DNA of 54,287 nt, counting the filler, from Jimgerdemannia flammicorona (Eukaryota): NCBI GenBank assembly GCA_003990765.1. It is 2 parts of 2 records of this genome, joined end to end, with 100 filler letters (N's around TTAATTAATTAA, not from the genome) between each part and the next. Parts side by side here need not be neighbours in the genome. Positions count along the whole stretch, not along the records: positions 27,201 to 54,287 come from RBNJ01000663.1; 1 more part is not named here. One strand, written 5' to 3'. The position numbers were made by a program, and so were the translations under genes. Below, piece by piece: positions 39,698 through 51,090 of this stretch (its first letter is position 1; every line of letters begins with the position of its first letter). The notes beneath the pieces are model-generated. The model was given only the letters and a program-made list of their open reading frames with translations, searched no databases and was not told the origin of the DNA.

Positions 39698-40531
39698 TTA
39701 AACAGCTTGAATGCGGACAGAGGACTGGTAGACTCTCTGTTGCTCCTCTTCTTCTTCTGAAGACTCGTCAGTTTCAGTGTCAGAGGGGGTTTCTTCAGGG
39801 GCAGGGCCTTGGAGTTCTTGGGGCTCCTCTTTAAAGACAGGGACCTCTTGGGCTTCTTCTTGATTCGGTTCCCAAATGATGAGATGTGAATTGTGGCTGA
39901 CAGGGTGGTGGGTGGTTGGGGTAGCTCCAATGGGTGCTTCTATAGTAATGGGCGGTCCTTCAAATATCTCCATAAGACTCATTAGGTGACCTTGATGGTT
40001 GTCTCGGAGTGGGGTGGTGTGGAAACCTGGCTGAGTAGGTTCAGTTTGTTGGCTTCCTACAGCGACCCGGTTGCTACCAGTAGAGTTGGCTACTTCTGAT
40101 TCTATCCAGTCTGCATCTTCAGTTGAGAGACAGGCAAGACTGCCGGCTGTTACTCCTTGCAAGTGTGCTATGGCCCAGGGAATATGGCGGAAGATTTGGT
40201 AGACACGGAGGGCTCTCTTGATTAGCTGGCTGGTGGTTAACATTTCGGCAATGAGGTCTTCTTGGTCGCCTTCTTGAGTCTTATTGCAAAGGCAGTGTCC
40301 AATTTCATAGTCATGCCAGAGGGTCATTCGTTCGGTAGTGTCTTTGAGCTGTTGGGTCATTATATACTGGTAGTTGATGAAGTGTCCAAGGTCTTCGGTG
40401 TAGAAGTTCAAGTGTTCAGAAGTATCTGGGTGCCAGATGGCCTTCTTGATAGCTTCAAAGATCAGAGTCTTTGGGCTGGGCAAAGGGGTAGAGCGGCGGG
40501 AGGTCTGGTTGGATTGGCGAATGGGAGGCAT
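39698..40531 (-). CDS. LTR-C U3-embedded ORF, intact, 277 aa from MPPIRQ (frame open from 40732)
   Basis: Uninterrupted intronless ORF: basic N-terminus, helical core LIFEAIKKAI..WHDYEIGHCLC..RALRVYQIFRHIPWAIAHLQGVT..LS, acidic tail. Homologous to the LTR-A and LTR-B ORFs. Confidence 0.8.
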   Translation of the reverse strand: MPPIRQSNQTSRRSTPLPSPKTLIFEAIKKAIWHPDTSEHLNFYTEDLGHFINYQYIMTQQLKDTTERMTLWHDYEIGHCLCNKTQEGDQEDLIAEMLTTSQLIKRALRVYQIFRHIPWAIAHLQGVTAGSLACLSTEDADWIESEVANSTGSNRVAVGSQQTEPTQPGFHTTPLRDNHQGHLMSLMEIFEGPPITIEAPIGATPTTHHPVSHNSHLIIWEPNQEEAQEVPVFKEEPQELQGPAPEETPSDTETDESSEEEEEQQRVYQSSVRIQAV

Positions 40532-41732
40532 TGTGTGGTGGGTATTTGGTTCTTTGGTGCTGATCCCTGAGGCAGAGTATGGTTCCTTAAATAACATGGT
40601 CTTTATTTTGGCTCGGATCATCTTGTCTTCTTTTGGTGAAATCCTTGATAGATTGGACTGGTCACCAGTTATCGCACCATAATGCCGTCTGATCTTGTGG
40701 TCACAGGGTACTCCAAATTTGGACAGGGTCAATTGTAGATGTCACAATATATAAATACTCTCTATACTGAATATTATAACCTCAGCTCTGCTTTTCTCTC
40801 TTATAAATAAAGAAGTATTCTTATCAAAAAAAACCCTCAGATCCAACTTGTGAATAATTCTAAGTCTCATCAGCTTAGAATATAAGTATAGTACCTCTAC
40901 TCTATATAAGAATCTGAAAGTGATACTTTGGTAATGGATACTTAGAACTTAGTATTTCCTTATAGAACTTGGAATTTAGAGCTGATACTTATCTTATTAT
41001 CTATAATATATTAATTCTATCAGTATATAGTTTTATTATGCTATTGTTCAATTTATAAATAAGTTTATTATTAATTTTATTAATTTTATTTTATTATTTC
41101 TTATCTAATTTATTACTATTTAGCTTTTAATAATATTTAGCATTTATTATTATCTATTTTATTATTACGCAGTTATTATTCAGTAGAATTTATTATTATT
41201 ATATAGAATATAATGATAATTAACTATAGAACAATTAATATATTTAGATTGAGTTTAATAAAATAATACTAAAAAATTATTTATTAATAAGAGTTCTCTA
41301 GAATAGCTTTATATATATTCAGATCTCTCCCAATATATATCAGAAATTCTCCTACAATTTATATAATAAAAATACCATCTCTGGATATATGAGTAAATTG
41401 TAAATTATGCTGGAGATATGTGTGATATTCTCTCAGAGATTCTCAGGTTTTTCTCTGGAAAATATATGTAACATATCAAGAATTTTATATCAAATTTCCC
41501 AGTATATTCTGGATGACATCTCGAAGAATGTTGGGTACTCCTGAAGCCCGGGTTATGAAAATAGTAGAGATTTTCTGGTACTTCCAGATATCATTATAGA
41601 CCACATCCCAATTTCGTGATGTATACGCCAAAGGAATATTTATATTTCACTCAGTTAGGTGACGAAAATTCTACGCTATACAAATCTCTAAAATACATGT
41701 CAATCAATAACATGTCAATCAGCTACGGGAAA

Positions 41733-43243
41733 TTAAATTTGAATACGATCTTTTATCCGGTACTTTGCTTGATTCCACAAAGTCACGGCAGGGTACACGT
41801 TGTCCGGAAGGTCGGTCCACGCAATCCCTTGGTTAACCCCATTGACAGAAAGGGCGCAAGTGTGGTTGCTTTTATCCAGATGGAGCGTGACTACATCGCC
41901 ATTGTGAAGATTGACGCCATATTTACGGGTCACTCCTGACCCCGTTACCTTCCGATAGTTCTGGTAACAATGAAATGCCCAAGCTGATGGCTTGTTCCAC
42001 AAGACGGAATCGAAGCCAGAGAACTCTTCTTCCACTAAACCGATCTCGTTGATGGCACATCCATCAAGTAAACCGACAGACTCGACCTTTATATCCCATT
42101 CGTACAGCCCTTCTGGAGTCATCGTCCCGGGGACGGAGATCCTTGCTGCGTGTTTCGTGCTCGCTGACGTTCCGACGGAAAGTCCCACGACCTTGCCATC
42201 TTCTGAGACGATAACGCGGGAACCGATCTTCGACCGATCCCATTGGATATTTTGACTTTCGTGATTTTGACTTTTACGATACCCAGAGGGGTGCCCCGTT
42301 GAGCACACAGTGTTCTTGCATGCATGGTGGGCAAACGACATGTAGTGGGGAGACGTCTCCATAAACCCGTCGACCGCCTCCGTGACGCTCTTCAGGCGAT
42401 GCGGGCACACAAGGGTGAGGTCCAAATGCCTCATCATGTTTAGCAGCAACGTGTTATTTCCCAGCCGAATTTTGCCCTCGCACCCCGGAACCATGCTGGC
42501 GACAAGACTCAGGATATCGTGACGTTCTGCAATGTTGGGTCCCGGTTCGTCGGCGTGCGCCCAGACCCAGTCAACGATGCACAGTAGCAGATCGTGTTCG
42601 GGAGTAAGGAAGGTAGTCGGGAAAGGTGCCGTGAAGAGCAGCTCGAGAGCCTCTTCGGAGAGATCCGTTAACTCTCCTATGGCGAGCCTGCGAGTATAGA
42701 AGGGCTTGAGAAGAACGGTGTAGAGGTCCCTGTTGGACTCACTCCAAGGGATGGAGGAGGCGGCCTCGTTGAGGAGGAATGACGAGACGCCAAAGTCGGA
42801 AACGTTTTGTGCGCACTCCAACACCATTGCCTTGAGCTTTGGGAGGAGAAGGAAGCTTGCTGCGCGGTAGATGTCCACAGCGATGGCGACGTCGGTGTCC
42901 TCGATCGATTCAGTGTAGATGTAGCCGAGAACGATGGTAAGCTCTGCAGAGTTGATGTCGTGGAGGACGACTCGCTGGGAGATGCTCTCTTGCATGTTTC
43001 CGTAGAGCATTGCCTTGAATACGGGACACCTTAGGGACCGCACGGCATCAATTGGTATACTATTGGCATGTAAAATGTTGAAACACAATAATGAAGCGAT
43101 GGAACACACCTTGCGGCCAGGACAGCACGGCATACCCCAAGCTCGACACCATCGGCGCAGACGATGGTTACGTCGTGGTAGGCAGTGTCGGTCCATATCT
43201 CGGCGATGTCGTCCTTGAGGCTAAGACCACCGTTGGGCTGCAT
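41733..43243 (-). CDS. BTB/POZ plus SPRY-domain protein, paralogue 1 (476 aa; intron 43109-43030)
   Basis: YHDVTIVCADG..RAVLAAR|CPVFKAMLYGNMQES..LGYIYT (BTB). GLYEWDIKVES..IGL..GDVVTLHLDKSNHTCALSVNGVNQGIAWTDLPDNVYPAVTL (SPRY). Confidence 0.9.
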
Positions 43244-43948
43244 AGTGGTTGATTGTTCGGTTGCGCTTTTAATTGCGTTGCCGGATACTGTGGCATAATG
43301 ATTTACGACATGCAAATTTAAGAAAGCAAGCGTTCCAATTCCGGCTATGCTAATTTTTCACGATCGATATGCTAACGCCAGTCTAGGCATAAGCTTCAGA
43401 CGTCTTTGGCCTGTGTTGCTCATAGGTGATGAGCGACGGTGAGCAGCCGAAATTCCCGTGTGTGAGTGTTTCCACAAACACTTCCACGTGGAAATTTGAG
43501 AAGGTTTACGTATTTGCATACAAACAGTACCGCTTCCTCATCAGAGTTCGGTAACAAGGTTGTACAAGATATATTGAATGTACGGGAAATTTCCTTCCAC
43601 GCATTCACTTTTTTTCCTCTTTAACCGAACTTAGAAATATATATATATTGGGACAGCGCTTTCCTCGAGCTGCCAGATAACCATAATGGACAGATCGCGA
43701 AACGCACACTTTCTCTAGGCATCGCATAACACTTGTGATAACTCAGTACACAATTGGTTAACGGCGAATAACTCTCAAATAACTAATAGGTTTCTCGAAC
43801 CACAAAGTAGAGGTAACGTAATAATTCTTTGCAAAATCGGCAAAGGGAACGTTTTCCGGGACGTATATACGAGGCGCCGTAGGCGAAGAAGTCTGTCCCA
43901 GATTTTGCGAGCATTGTGGGGCTGATGGGTCCCAATGTCAGAGGCGAC

Positions 43949-45030
43949 TTATGCCGGACAGTTCGAGCAGCAGGTAGAGGTCTGGAGAGACATAGCGAAC
44001 AACTTGACGATCATCAACGGGAATAAGACCCCACCCGATATAAATGTTTTGAGAATTTCGAACGATTCAAACTGATAGAGGCGCCCACACAGAACCTGGT
44101 GATACGTCCATCGGTATCCTTGCGACACTGTCCGGAACAGTAGGTGATGTGGCAGCGAGAGCACTCGTAACCGAAAGTGCTGGTTACAATCGGCAAGTGT
44201 TCACACGGGTGTCATTGTCTAGGCGCTTATCGGTGGTGGCGAATACTCTCTCATGTAACACGCCCTCATTCTTACTGATTAGGCCCTTGACATACATGCC
44301 GATTTGCAAGCCGCTGTTCGCTATCCCGCCTGCTATGTTGTTGCAATTCACGAACCTGACCTCCATCTTGGACACTCCCAGCTTCTTCGAGACATCATTG
44401 CATTCCCTTTCCAGGTCCCATACTCCCTCTTCAGTGCGCGCAGCCCTGCCTCTGGCATTCATCGTGTCCCACGGATACCGTCCGTTGCGAATGCCTCATC
44501 TGTCAATCGGCTGAAATGTTCTGTCGTAGTTGGGATTATGTTTTATGCATTGTGGTAATCCCATTTGGCTTCCTCTTCGAGCCGTTTCGCCTTGGTCAGG
44601 AAGTTAGTGTTAGTGGGAGAGTCTTCATTGTGAGAGTTAGTGTGGCCAGGCCTCTTTGAAAATAATTGCTCTCGAAACGGCACACGATCCGTGCCTGTGC
44701 ACAGGTGTACAGGGCCTCCAAATATAGTTTTAGGATAGCGGATGAATTGGACGTGATGCCGTGGCCACTGAGGTCTGGATTGAATTCGACGTAGGACAAG
44801 GTATGGGCCGTTAAGACAAGGGGCTGCCAGGATGCTATGAGATCTAAGGCGTGTTTGGCGTCCTAGATGGCTTGGTCAGCATGGCCCATAAGACGGGGAT
44901 GTGAGGTTGATTACGAACGAGGGCAGTGAATTTCTTGAAAGATGATTCTGGGGGCAATGCGGCAGATTTGGCTCCGAAAGGATTTTGATTATTCGGGTGA
45001 CGGGAGCAGTAGAGAAAGTGAGAAAAAGGA
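43949..45030 (-). pseudogene. Frameshifted MYND-type zinc-finger protein pseudogene
   Basis: ECSRCHITYCSGQCRK continues in another frame as WTYHQVLCGRL. Upstream coding-like fragments are broken by stops and frameshifts. Confidence 0.55.
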
Positions 45031-45623
45031 AAAAAGAGGATATACAGTCGGCCCTTAATATAATCACACTCGATATTATCACACATGCGATGCAGTCGCT
45101 CTAAGTTTGGGTACGGAAATTATAAAATGCCAATTTTTCCGCTTCATCACCCTTGATATAATCACTGTGGTCAAACTCCAAGCAGAGAAAATGAATATTT
45201 CTGCCTCGATACAATCACTGTTGCAGTGGGTCCGATTCAATTCGATTACTTGATGAAAACACATCCAATTTCAATGACCTTGAGCTTGTTGGGTTTGCCT
45301 TATTTACGTGAAACCAGTAAATACAACAAAGATCATTAAATTTGGACAAGTTTTCGTCGAGTAATCGAATTTCGAAATTTGAGCTCAACTAGATATAGTC
45401 ACTGCCGGATGTTGCCAGGACTCACTGGTTCGCCCACCGATATATTTAGAAACGTCTTCCACCAGCCATAGAAGTCAATTACAACACCCCAGGCAGCAAC
45501 AATCCGGAAGGTCGGCCCAACTCAACCGATTGCATTATGAAAGAGTCGGAACCACAGATTCAATCCAATGAATCCGAGCCACATGCCTGGATTGTCGACG
45601 CCTTAGCGACGGAGACCATTTGT

Positions 45624-45672
45624 TATATATGGGATAGATGGCTGTATTAATAAAGGAAGGAGTCCGAGTGAC

Positions 45673-45705
<33 letters not shown>
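45624..45705 (+). mobile_element. 82-bp 5'-truncated retro-insertion with AATAAA and poly(A)
   Basis: Perfect 16-bp TSD gacggagaccatttgt (45608-45623, 45706-45721). Confidence 0.9.
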
Positions 45706-45707
<2 letters not shown>

Positions 45708-46050
45708 CGGAGACCATTTGTAAAATACCCGTAAAAGGTGCTATAGTTGGCCGCGGTAACTATGGGACAGTGTACAGGGCTAGGTGTAAAGGATATGAAT
45801 TGCCATTTGTTGCTGTCAAGGATTTTTTGGATTTGAGTGACATGTTCACGATGTTCAAAGGTTTTATAACGTTAGGGGAGCACGACTACATTGTCCAGTT
45901 TTATGGTATCACAAAGTAAATAATTTTAGCAAAAAGGATATTGTAGATATATTGATCAACATTTTGATTATTCTGTATAGGGATCCTGAAACAAGCAATA
46001 CGAAGTATTCTGGAGTATGCGGAGAGTGGAAATACGCATGACTTCTGGAA
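45706..46050 (+). pseudogene. Truncated protein kinase (TKL-like) N-lobe fragment
   Basis: VGRGNYGTVYRA..VAVK..HDYIVQFYGITK|intron|DPET. No catalytic loop follows. Confidence 0.75.
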
Positions 46051-46272
46051 CAAAAAAAAAAAAAAAAAAAAAAAAAAATCGCTACTATAGCCAACAAGAA
46101 CAAAAATGGCATATAGTTTGGCATGTAGATTTCGGTATATATATGCTAATGGAATAGTTATTTTTCACTCAATTAGGTGTCGAAAATTCTACGCTATACA
46201 AATCCCTAGAATACATGTCAATTGATCAAAATGTCAATCAGCTACGAAAAGGAGAGGCTGAACGGAGGGAAA

Positions 46273-47783
46273 TTAAACTTGAATACGATCTATAATCCGG
46301 TACTTTGCTTGATTCCACAAAGTCACGGCAGGGTACACGTTGTCCGGAAGGTCGGTCCACGCAATCCCTTGGTTAACCCCATTGACAGAAAGGGCGCAAG
46401 TGTGGTTGCTTTTATCCAGATGGAGAGTCACTACGTCGCCATTGTGAAGATTGACGCCATAGTTACAAGTTACTCCTGACCCCGTTACCTTCCGATAGCT
46501 CTGGTAACAATGGAATGCCCACGCCGATGGCTTGTTCCACAAGGCGGAATCGAAACCAGAAAATTCCTCGTCCACTAAACCGATCTGGCTTACGGCACAC
46601 CCGTCAAGTAAACCGACAGACTCGACCACTATATCCCATTCGTACAGCCCTTCCCGAGTCGTCGTCTCGGGGACGGAGATCCTTGCTACGTGTTTCGTGC
46701 TCGTCGGCGTCCCGACAGAAAGTTCCACGACCTTGCCGTCATCTGAGACGATAATGCGAGAACCGATTTTCGACCGATCCCATTGGATATTTTGACTTCC
46801 GCGATTTTGACTTTTTCGAAACCCAGAGGGGTGCCCAGTTGGGCACACGGTGTTCTTGCATGCGTGGTGGGCAAATGACATGTAGTGGGGAGACGTCTCC
46901 GTGAACCCATTGACCGCCTCCGTGACGCTCTTCAGGCGATGCGGGCACACAAGGGTGAGGTCCAAATGCCTCATCATGTTTAGCAGCAATGTGTTATTTC
47001 CCAGCCGAATTTTACCTTCGCACCCCGGAGCCATGCTAGCGACAAGACGTAGGATATCGTGACGTTCCGTAACATTTGGTCTCGGTTCTTCCGCATGTGC
47101 CCAGACCCAGTCAACGATGCACAGTAGCAGATCGTGTTCGGGAGTAAGGAAGGTAGTCGCGAAAGGTGTCGTGAAGATCAGCTGGAGAGCCTCTTCGGAG
47201 AGATCCGTTAACTCTCCTATGGCGAGCCTGCGAGTACAGAAGGGCTTGAGAAGAACGGTGTAGAGGTCCTTGCTGGCCTCACTCCAAGGGATGGAGGAGG
47301 CGGCCTCGTTGAGGAGGAATGACGAGACGCCAAAGTCGGAAACGTTTTGTGCGCGCTCCAACACCAATGCCATAAGCTTTGGGAGGAGAAGGAAGCTCGC
47401 TGCGCGGTAGATGTCCACCGCGATGGCGACGTCGGTGTCCTCGATCGATTCAGTGTAGATGTAGCCGAGAATGATGGTAAGCTCTGCAGACTTGATGTCG
47501 TGGAGGACGACTCGCTGGGAGATGCTCTCTTGCATGTTTCCGTAGAGCATTGCCTTGAATACGGGACACCTTAGGGACCGCACGGCATCAATTGGTATTC
47601 TATTAGTGTGTAAAATGTTGAAACACAATACTGAAACGATGGAGCACACCTTGCGGCCAGGACAGCACGGCATACCCCAAGCTCGACGCCATCGGCGCAG
47701 ACGATGGTTACGTCGTGGTAGGCTGTGTCGGTCCATATCTCGGCGATGTCGTCCTTGAGGCTAAGACCACAGTTGGATTGCAT
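46273..47783 (-). CDS. BTB/POZ plus SPRY-domain protein, paralogue 2 (intron 47649-47570)
   Basis: Colinear with paralogue 1 at a constant 4540-bp offset. Intact frame. Confidence 0.9.
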
Positions 47784-50527
47784 AGTGGTTGATTGTTCGG
47801 TTGCGCTTTTGATAGCGTTGCCGGATGAACTGTGGCGTAATGATAAGCAAATTTAAGAAAGCACGCGTTCCAATTAATTTTTGATGTAACCTTCTGACGT
47901 CATTGCCAAGAACTATGAAATGCCACTTGCGTATATATATACTCCCATCGACGCAATAGTTTCTGTGCTCCCCGAGGTTTTCTCTGAAACTGGAAACCCT
48001 GACATATTAGGCAGTGCGATGTTATTCATCGGTAACAAGGAGGTACAAGAAATATCACTTTTTCTGCTTTAACCGAACGTAGAAATATATATATATATAT
48101 TGGGACAGCGCCTTCCTCAAGCTGCCAAATAAACATAATGGAGAGGTCCCCAAATGCACGCTTATCTCTATCGCATAACACATGTGTATATCTCCGAATC
48201 ATTCTCAAACAACTAAAACGTCTCTCAAACCACGAAGTAGAGGTAACGTAATAATGCTTTGCAAAATCGGCAGAGGGAACGTTTTCGTGACTTAATTCGA
48301 TTCCTCAAAATTTGTATACACTTCACGGAGAGCTCCGACCTCAGGTTAGCGTCCAAGAAATTCAAGACCCTCTTTCTGCGAGGAAGACCAATATTATTCA
48401 AGAAACCCAGCGATGAATCCTTTGGCGTGATTTACATAGAATTGGCTCTATGATTTAGTTTGTCAGAACGCTCACACAGTTGCTGTTATGTACTTTTGAA
48501 CCTTCTGCAATCTTCAGTTCAAGATATCAGCCACCCTCGATCGCTTCTATTTCGGGTGGGAGGGGGTGTGAGGACGCTTCATCCTGATTAAGGGGGCAAA
48601 CGTGGACCGAAATACCAATTGTACTATTTTTTGGGATATGTTTGTGGCGGGTTGTTTTGGTTCGTCGCCACTTGGTTAAATTTAATTGAGAACCACAACT
48701 GCGGGCAAATAAATGAGAACTGCCTTCTGTCTCACTTGCAATCTGTACCGTTAGATGTTCTTCTTAGAATATGCACAGACTACAGAGCAATATTTGTATT
48801 AGGTATTTGACCGTCGTTTATTGCTATAGTAATGTTAGCAAAATGTTGTAAATTTGGCGCCTATGGTATCGATTAATTTCTACAGTCAACATCCATCTTC
48901 TCCGCTGGTCGTGCGCTAAACTAATAAACTAAGCGTAAAAGACATAATTATGTTAGATGGGTTTTTCCTAGCCCCCAACATTTCTCACCATCATACCCCC
49001 GACCGCTCAGACAAACAGAATATATCAGAAGCAATCAAATTACTGAATTTTATAGATCCACCAATTCGCCGCACTAAAATGCTACATACCCTTGACGAGG
49101 AAAAAAAAAATTAATAGCTTCCTGGTGCTGGATTTGCGGTTTGACAATGCGTTAGATGCACGTTCGAATATAATGTAAACTCTAGATGGATTCCGTCTCG
49201 GGTAATAAACTTTAATGTCATAATAATGAAAGAAGCGAGATAGATATTGTACGCAATTAAATGTATTTGTCCCACGCGGCCAATTCGTGCGCGTGCTTTA
49301 TAAGAGAATCGGTTTCCTTCATACACATCTTGAACAGGATCACATAGCACGCGAGTATTTGGTAAGGTTTGAGACATTACCAAATGTTCTTGTATTACTT
49401 CCTTGAACGACCCTCGGCGATCGTTTACACGTGCTGCTGCAACGTGGTTTCGAGATGGTAGTACCGGAATATGTGGTATATACATGATCGCGGCAAGGCA
49501 GGCTTGACTGTCAAACCCTAAAATCTTCGGGGTATGTCGCGTAAAGTCGCATTAACGAACTAGTTATAGCCACTGCCACCCAGAGACGCGCTACGCCCGG
49601 GAATTTGTCTACTGTGTATATTCCGTACAGTATCGCTAATGACATCGTCAAGCACCTCAACGTCGGACGTAATGCTGAAAATATTTTGTAGAAATATGAT
49701 GGACGAGTTTGAACTCGTCTTGAAGCTTGGCGAGTCGCTGGGCTAGCGTCATCGATGCAGGCGCGTTTCGCGGTGTCGTGTCAGCCGCGTGGGTACAATG
49801 AGGATGTTTTAAAGGCTGATGCCGTGCAGGATGCGCACATTGTGTCTTGAAAACGGATAATTAGGATCGGCGCAGACTTGTCGGAGATGCTGTTTGCCTT
49901 TGATTTCCAGTTGGAGGTATTGACGATGTTCTATTGTCGTCATGGAAATAAAAGGGTGCGTGCGTGTGGCAATCTTGAGCATCTCCCGAGGATACAAAGT
50001 GGAAGGAGATTGCTACAATATCGAAACACTCAACCTCCGCTATCACTGCTCCGCTGCCAGTTGCCTTCACCACGATTGCGTCTACATGTCAAGCAGCTGG
50101 GTCTCAGGCTTCAGTTCTCTGAGAAAATTCCACCAGCGGATGGTTGAAGTGGCGAAGATCCCTTATGATTACTCCACGCCAAGATGTACATACAAGCATA
50201 ACAGATTTGTGAAGGCGTGCTCGTGCCTGATGTGCGCATAATTTAGTTTGCAAAATTGATAACGCGACGCGCAGCAAACACCATAACAAAATTCTTAGTG
50301 TCCAATTTTATTTTATCAACAAAAAGTTCAAAAGTGGTTTCAGTATATCAATTGGCGAAAATCTTCAAAGTGCTTTTTTTTTTTTTTTTTAAATTTTTTA
50401 TTTTTACTCTTTTGTCGCCCTAATATTGCCTAGAATTGGCAGGCGACGTTCTGTGAGAATTTTTGGTACAACACATAAAATCTCGGCAAAATTCATCTGG
50501 GAAGAATTTGCGCCAAAGTTATAATTC

Positions 50528-51090
50528 ATGATTCAAGGGAGGAAGAGGCAGAGGGATCTGCTGGCCAATCTGAAGGAGAAGATTATAACTAGAGAGGGGG
50601 AGGGGTCAGAAGGTGTGAAGGCAAGTGATTGGGCTGATGATAGAGCCAGAGTGACAGAGAAGGATATGGCAGCTCCCCCTTTCTCCACTATCTTACCAGT
50701 TACAAGGTTTGGTAGGCAACCTTCCAAGTCCACTTTTCACAACTTTTACCCCCTCTACTTTGGGTTGGTTTGCTGTATCTATTGCAGAGCAGTGGGAGGG
50801 AGGCAATGGTGATGAGTTGCCTCTTTATTGGTGTCCAATCAGTACTTTCTCCACTTTTTCATAGTTTCTAGTACCTCTGGCTACATCTGGAGTATATCTA
50901 TTTTGGTGTGATGTCTTCTTCCTTTTGCTGTCATCAATAAGATATCATCTGGTATATTACTGGCTGTATATGGAGTTGGCTGACCTTGGGTGTCAAGTGC
51001 TAGTATAGATTACCTACAGGTCTCCAGTATCTGTAGTAGGGCCCTCTGAGCTTTGGCAAGCTTCCTAGTGAGTGTAGTTCTGATATAAGT
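50528..51090. mobile_element. CpG-depleted TE fragment, partly LINE ORF1-like
   Basis: + strand QGRKRQRDLLANL resembles LINE A ORF1 QGQKKQRELLANM. It sits where the 5' LTR of the adjacent Gypsy copy should be. Confidence 0.4.

Larger units (their letters stand above)
38328..40746 (-). mobile_element. LTR-C: young 2419-bp solo LTR with an intact internal ORF
   Basis: Termini TGTGGC..GTCACA (inverted), 4-bp TSD ATAT (38324-38327, 40747-40750), sharp GC/CpG-rich block in AT-rich DNA, TATA GTATAAATAACCC at about 39013-39025 on the minus strand. Confidence 0.8.

Noticed and set aside
39059..39930. Overlapping ORFs across the 167-bp repeats, and a possible CRISPR-like array
   Set aside because: Frames stay open because of tandem repetition. 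There are no unique spacers, no cas genes, and the context is eukaryotic.
48700..50241. Possible F-box-like start (LQSVPLDVLLRIC) and Cys-rich ORF 49942-50241
   Set aside because: Could not build a coherent spliced frame or recognise a domain. May be a pseudogene.
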